A stretch of DNA of 64,000 nt. It comes from Sedimentisphaerales bacterium (lineage in GTDB: Bacteria; Planctomycetota; Phycisphaerae; Sedimentisphaerales; SM23-30). Made by a program: the position numbers and the translations under genes. Location of the stretch: assembly GCA_963663805.2 (NCBI GenBank), contig CAXXMR010000012.1, positions 160,001-224,000 on the forward strand. Direction: 5' to 3'. The notes beneath the pieces were generated by a model that saw only the letters and a program-made list of their open reading frames with translations, did no database searches and had not been told where the DNA came from. Of the stretch, positions 62,835 through 64,000 are shown in pieces (positions within the stretch are counted from its first letter, which is position 1; the number at the start of each line of letters is the position of its first letter).

Positions 62835-62990
62835 ATGGCAACAATTTACCAGAGCCGCGTACGGAAGTAAGCGGTGCCGTTAAAAATCCGCGTAATCCGT
62901 GTAATCCGTGGCTAAATATTGTCGTTGTTGTTATTTTGAATTTTGTGTTTAGAATTTGGTTCGGATTTAGAATTTAGAGCTTAGGGTTTC
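62835..62990 (+). repeat. REP-like composite repeat plus T-rich heptamer tract
   Basis: Near-identical to 17200-17272; three AATCCGYGN 9-mers; then TTTTGAA/TTTAGAA/TTTAGAG/CTTAGGG heptamers. Confidence 0.85.
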
Positions 62991-63025
62991 CAGTTTATCT
63001 GGCTTATAGAGTATAATCAGTTGAT

Positions 63026-63946
63026 ATGAAACAACCTATGCGTATAGCTATCGTTGGTTCCGGGGCCCTCGGAGGTCTTTACGGTGCCTTCCTCGCCCGC
63101 GGCGGCGCCGATGTCCATTTTCTCATGCGCCGCGACTACCAGACCGTTAAGTCCAACGGCCTAAAGATTTTAAGCTGCACCGGCAACTTCAACCTCCCCA
63201 AAGTCAATTGCTACAGCCAGTCCTCAGACATCGGCCCCTGCGACCTCGTCTTCATAGGCCTGAAAACCACCGCTAATGACCAGTACCAAACCCTTATATC
63301 ACCGTTACTTAGCGAAAATACCCGGATTCTGACCGCCCAGAACGGCCTCGGTAACGAACATCTCCTCGCCGACCTGTTCGGCCCCCAGAGAATCGCCGGA
63401 GGACTCGCCTTCCTCTGTTCCAACCGCATCGCACCCGGCACAATCGAGCATCTCGACTATGGCCAGTTACGCATCGGAAACTACCAGCGACAACCCGACC
63501 AAATACTAACCGAATTCGCCCGCCTTATGAATAATGGAGGTGGTAAATGCTTGGTAATAGACGACTTAAATCTTGCCCGCTGGCAAAAGCTCGAATGGAA
63601 TGTACCCTTCAACGGCCTGTCCGCCTGGTGGGATATGACCACCGACAAGATAATCGCCGACCCCGAACGAAAAGCACTGGCCGCCCGACTCATGCGCGAA
63701 GTCCAGACCGCCGCAAAGGCCTGTGGCTCAATCATTAACAAAGATTTTTTAGATAAAATGATGACCGACACCGAAAAAATGAAACCTTACTATACCTCCA
63801 TGCACCTCGACCGAAGGCAGCACCGCCCCCTGGAAATCGAGTCTATTATCGGCGAACCACTCCGACGCGGCCAGGCCCACGGACTTAATCTCCCTGAAAT
63901 GACCCGACTTTACCAGGGACTAAAGGATATCACCCATGAAGCTTAA
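63026..63946 (+). CDS. panE: 2-dehydropantoate 2-reductase
   Basis: IVGSGALGGLYG, LK, QNGLG, WQKLEWNVPFN, TSMHLD, LEIESI. Confidence 0.9.
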   Translation: MKQPMRIAIVGSGALGGLYGAFLARGGADVHFLMRRDYQTVKSNGLKILSCTGNFNLPKVNCYSQSSDIGPCDLVFIGLKTTANDQYQTLISPLLSENTRILTAQNGLGNEHLLADLFGPQRIAGGLAFLCSNRIAPGTIEHLDYGQLRIGNYQRQPDQILTEFARLMNNGGGKCLVIDDLNLARWQKLEWNVPFNGLSAWWDMTTDKIIADPERKALAARLMREVQTAAKACGSIINKDFLDKMMTDTEKMKPYYTSMHLDRRQHRPLEIESIIGEPLRRGQAHGLNLPEMTRLYQGLKDITHEA

Positions 63947-64000
63947 CCCCGGACATCCTTTCATCGCTAAGGTTCAGCAATTCATTGTAGATAATGAACT
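63936..64000 (+). CDS. Partial CDS, possibly tRNA(Ile)-lysidine synthetase N-terminus
   Basis: MKLNPGHPFIAKVQQFIVDNEL resembles TilS N-termini; only 21 codons visible. Confidence 0.35.
   Translation, partial: MKLNPGHPFIAKVQQFIVDNE

Noticed and set aside
17200..62990. Repeats as a CRISPR array or integron attC sites
   Set aside because: Copies are dispersed, variable and flank housekeeping genes; there are no regular spacers and no cas or integrase gene.

Overview
Bacterial chromosomal window, most likely from a planctomycete (Phycisphaerae-like; inferred from protein styles such as HEAT lipoproteins, a giant FliD and a kinase/phosphoesterase pair). Core genes: dnaA, typA, glmM-like mutase, dnaK, rsfS, argS, dnaE, uvrA, fliD-fliS, nagB, panE and probably the start of tilS. 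Accessory genes: the tail of a glycosyltransferase cluster (0-6 kb), MlaD/MlaF, an LPS-kinase/nucleotidyltransferase pair and a four-gene sugar catabolic operon. No rRNA, tRNA or CRISPR array was seen. Non-coding signals are the most interesting part. (1) A modular REP-like repeat family has about 10 hairpin copies whose orientation tracks local G/C strand skew: plus copies lie in C-rich zones and minus copies in the G-rich 21.5-29 kb block. (2) An 80-bp direct repeat brackets uvrA and carries a hairpin plus boxA-like motif. (3) A candidate sRNA with anti-SD motifs lies upstream of uvrA. (4) There are two separate DnaA-box clusters. (5) There is an internally deleted IS3-like remnant. Five frameshifts (two in dnaE, four of the five at short G/C runs) probably reflect long-read assembly errors. 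All annotation is by eye; no searches were run.
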